A stretch of 34,328 nt of DNA from Asterionella formosa (Eukaryota), in assembly GCA_002256025.1 (NCBI GenBank), contig NKIB01000241.1, positions 1-34,328 on the forward strand. The letters run 5' to 3'. The notes beneath the pieces are model-generated. The model was given only the letters and a program-made list of their open reading frames with translations, made no database searches and was not told the origin of the DNA. How positions within the stretch are numbered: the first letter of the stretch is position 1; each line of letters opens with the position of its first letter. Of the stretch, positions 34,058-34,328 are shown piece after piece. Both the position numbers and the translations under genes were made by a program.

Positions 34058-34267
34058 CTATCTGGAATAAACAATACAATCTTTGATCATACCTGTTCGA
34101 AGTTTTGTAGACTGTCTATTCCTGGAGGAGCAACCAGAAACGGGTGGTAACAGTAGCCGGAGTCGGTGCCGAGGTCGTACAATGGGAGCAGGAGTTGTCA
34201 CAACGACTGGAACCGGCCAAGGACTAGCCAGAGCACCGCTGGTGAGAAGGCAGAGCCCCATGGCGAG
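34058..34267 (-). pseudogene. Decayed or reduced paralog of the secreted PWP protein at 14374-14757
   Basis: LAMGLCLLTSGALASPWP aligns with IAVGICLFTSGAFANDP at protein and DNA level; TTSAPTPA continues in another frame. Confidence 0.6.
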
Positions 34268-34328
34268 TTCGCTGAAGCAAACTTATAGCACGATTAGTGA
34301 ATGAAAATATGTCCTATTGAAGCCCTCA

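Overview
Eukaryotic, transposon-dense window, most likely from a diatom. This is inferred from CoDi-type Ty1/copia gag and protease motifs, a diatom-type Ty3/gypsy integrase, and compact host genes. It has two assembly gaps. It contains four Ty1/copia elements: A (1-3240, truncated in RT), B (4681-~7620, minus strand), C (21829-27110, full length with ~95% identical LTRs but disabled) and D (28393-30081, minus strand). It also has a decayed Ty3/gypsy element (~18480-21200), two relics of an IS630/Tc1-like DDE transposase, homologous element ends starting CTCGTGACG, and several tandem repeats. Host genes: a cereblon (CRBN) homologue, an RVxF-motif protein, a small secreted Cys-rich protein with Pro-Trp-Pro repeats and a decayed paralog, a DUF3592-like membrane protein, and a PAP2 phosphatase split by one in-frame TGA. 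Most notable: the related copia elements A and C have no recognisable tRNA primer-binding site. Both carry a covarying 12-bp palindrome flush against the 5' LTR end (the end is inferred for A), suggesting tRNA-independent fold-back or dimer priming.
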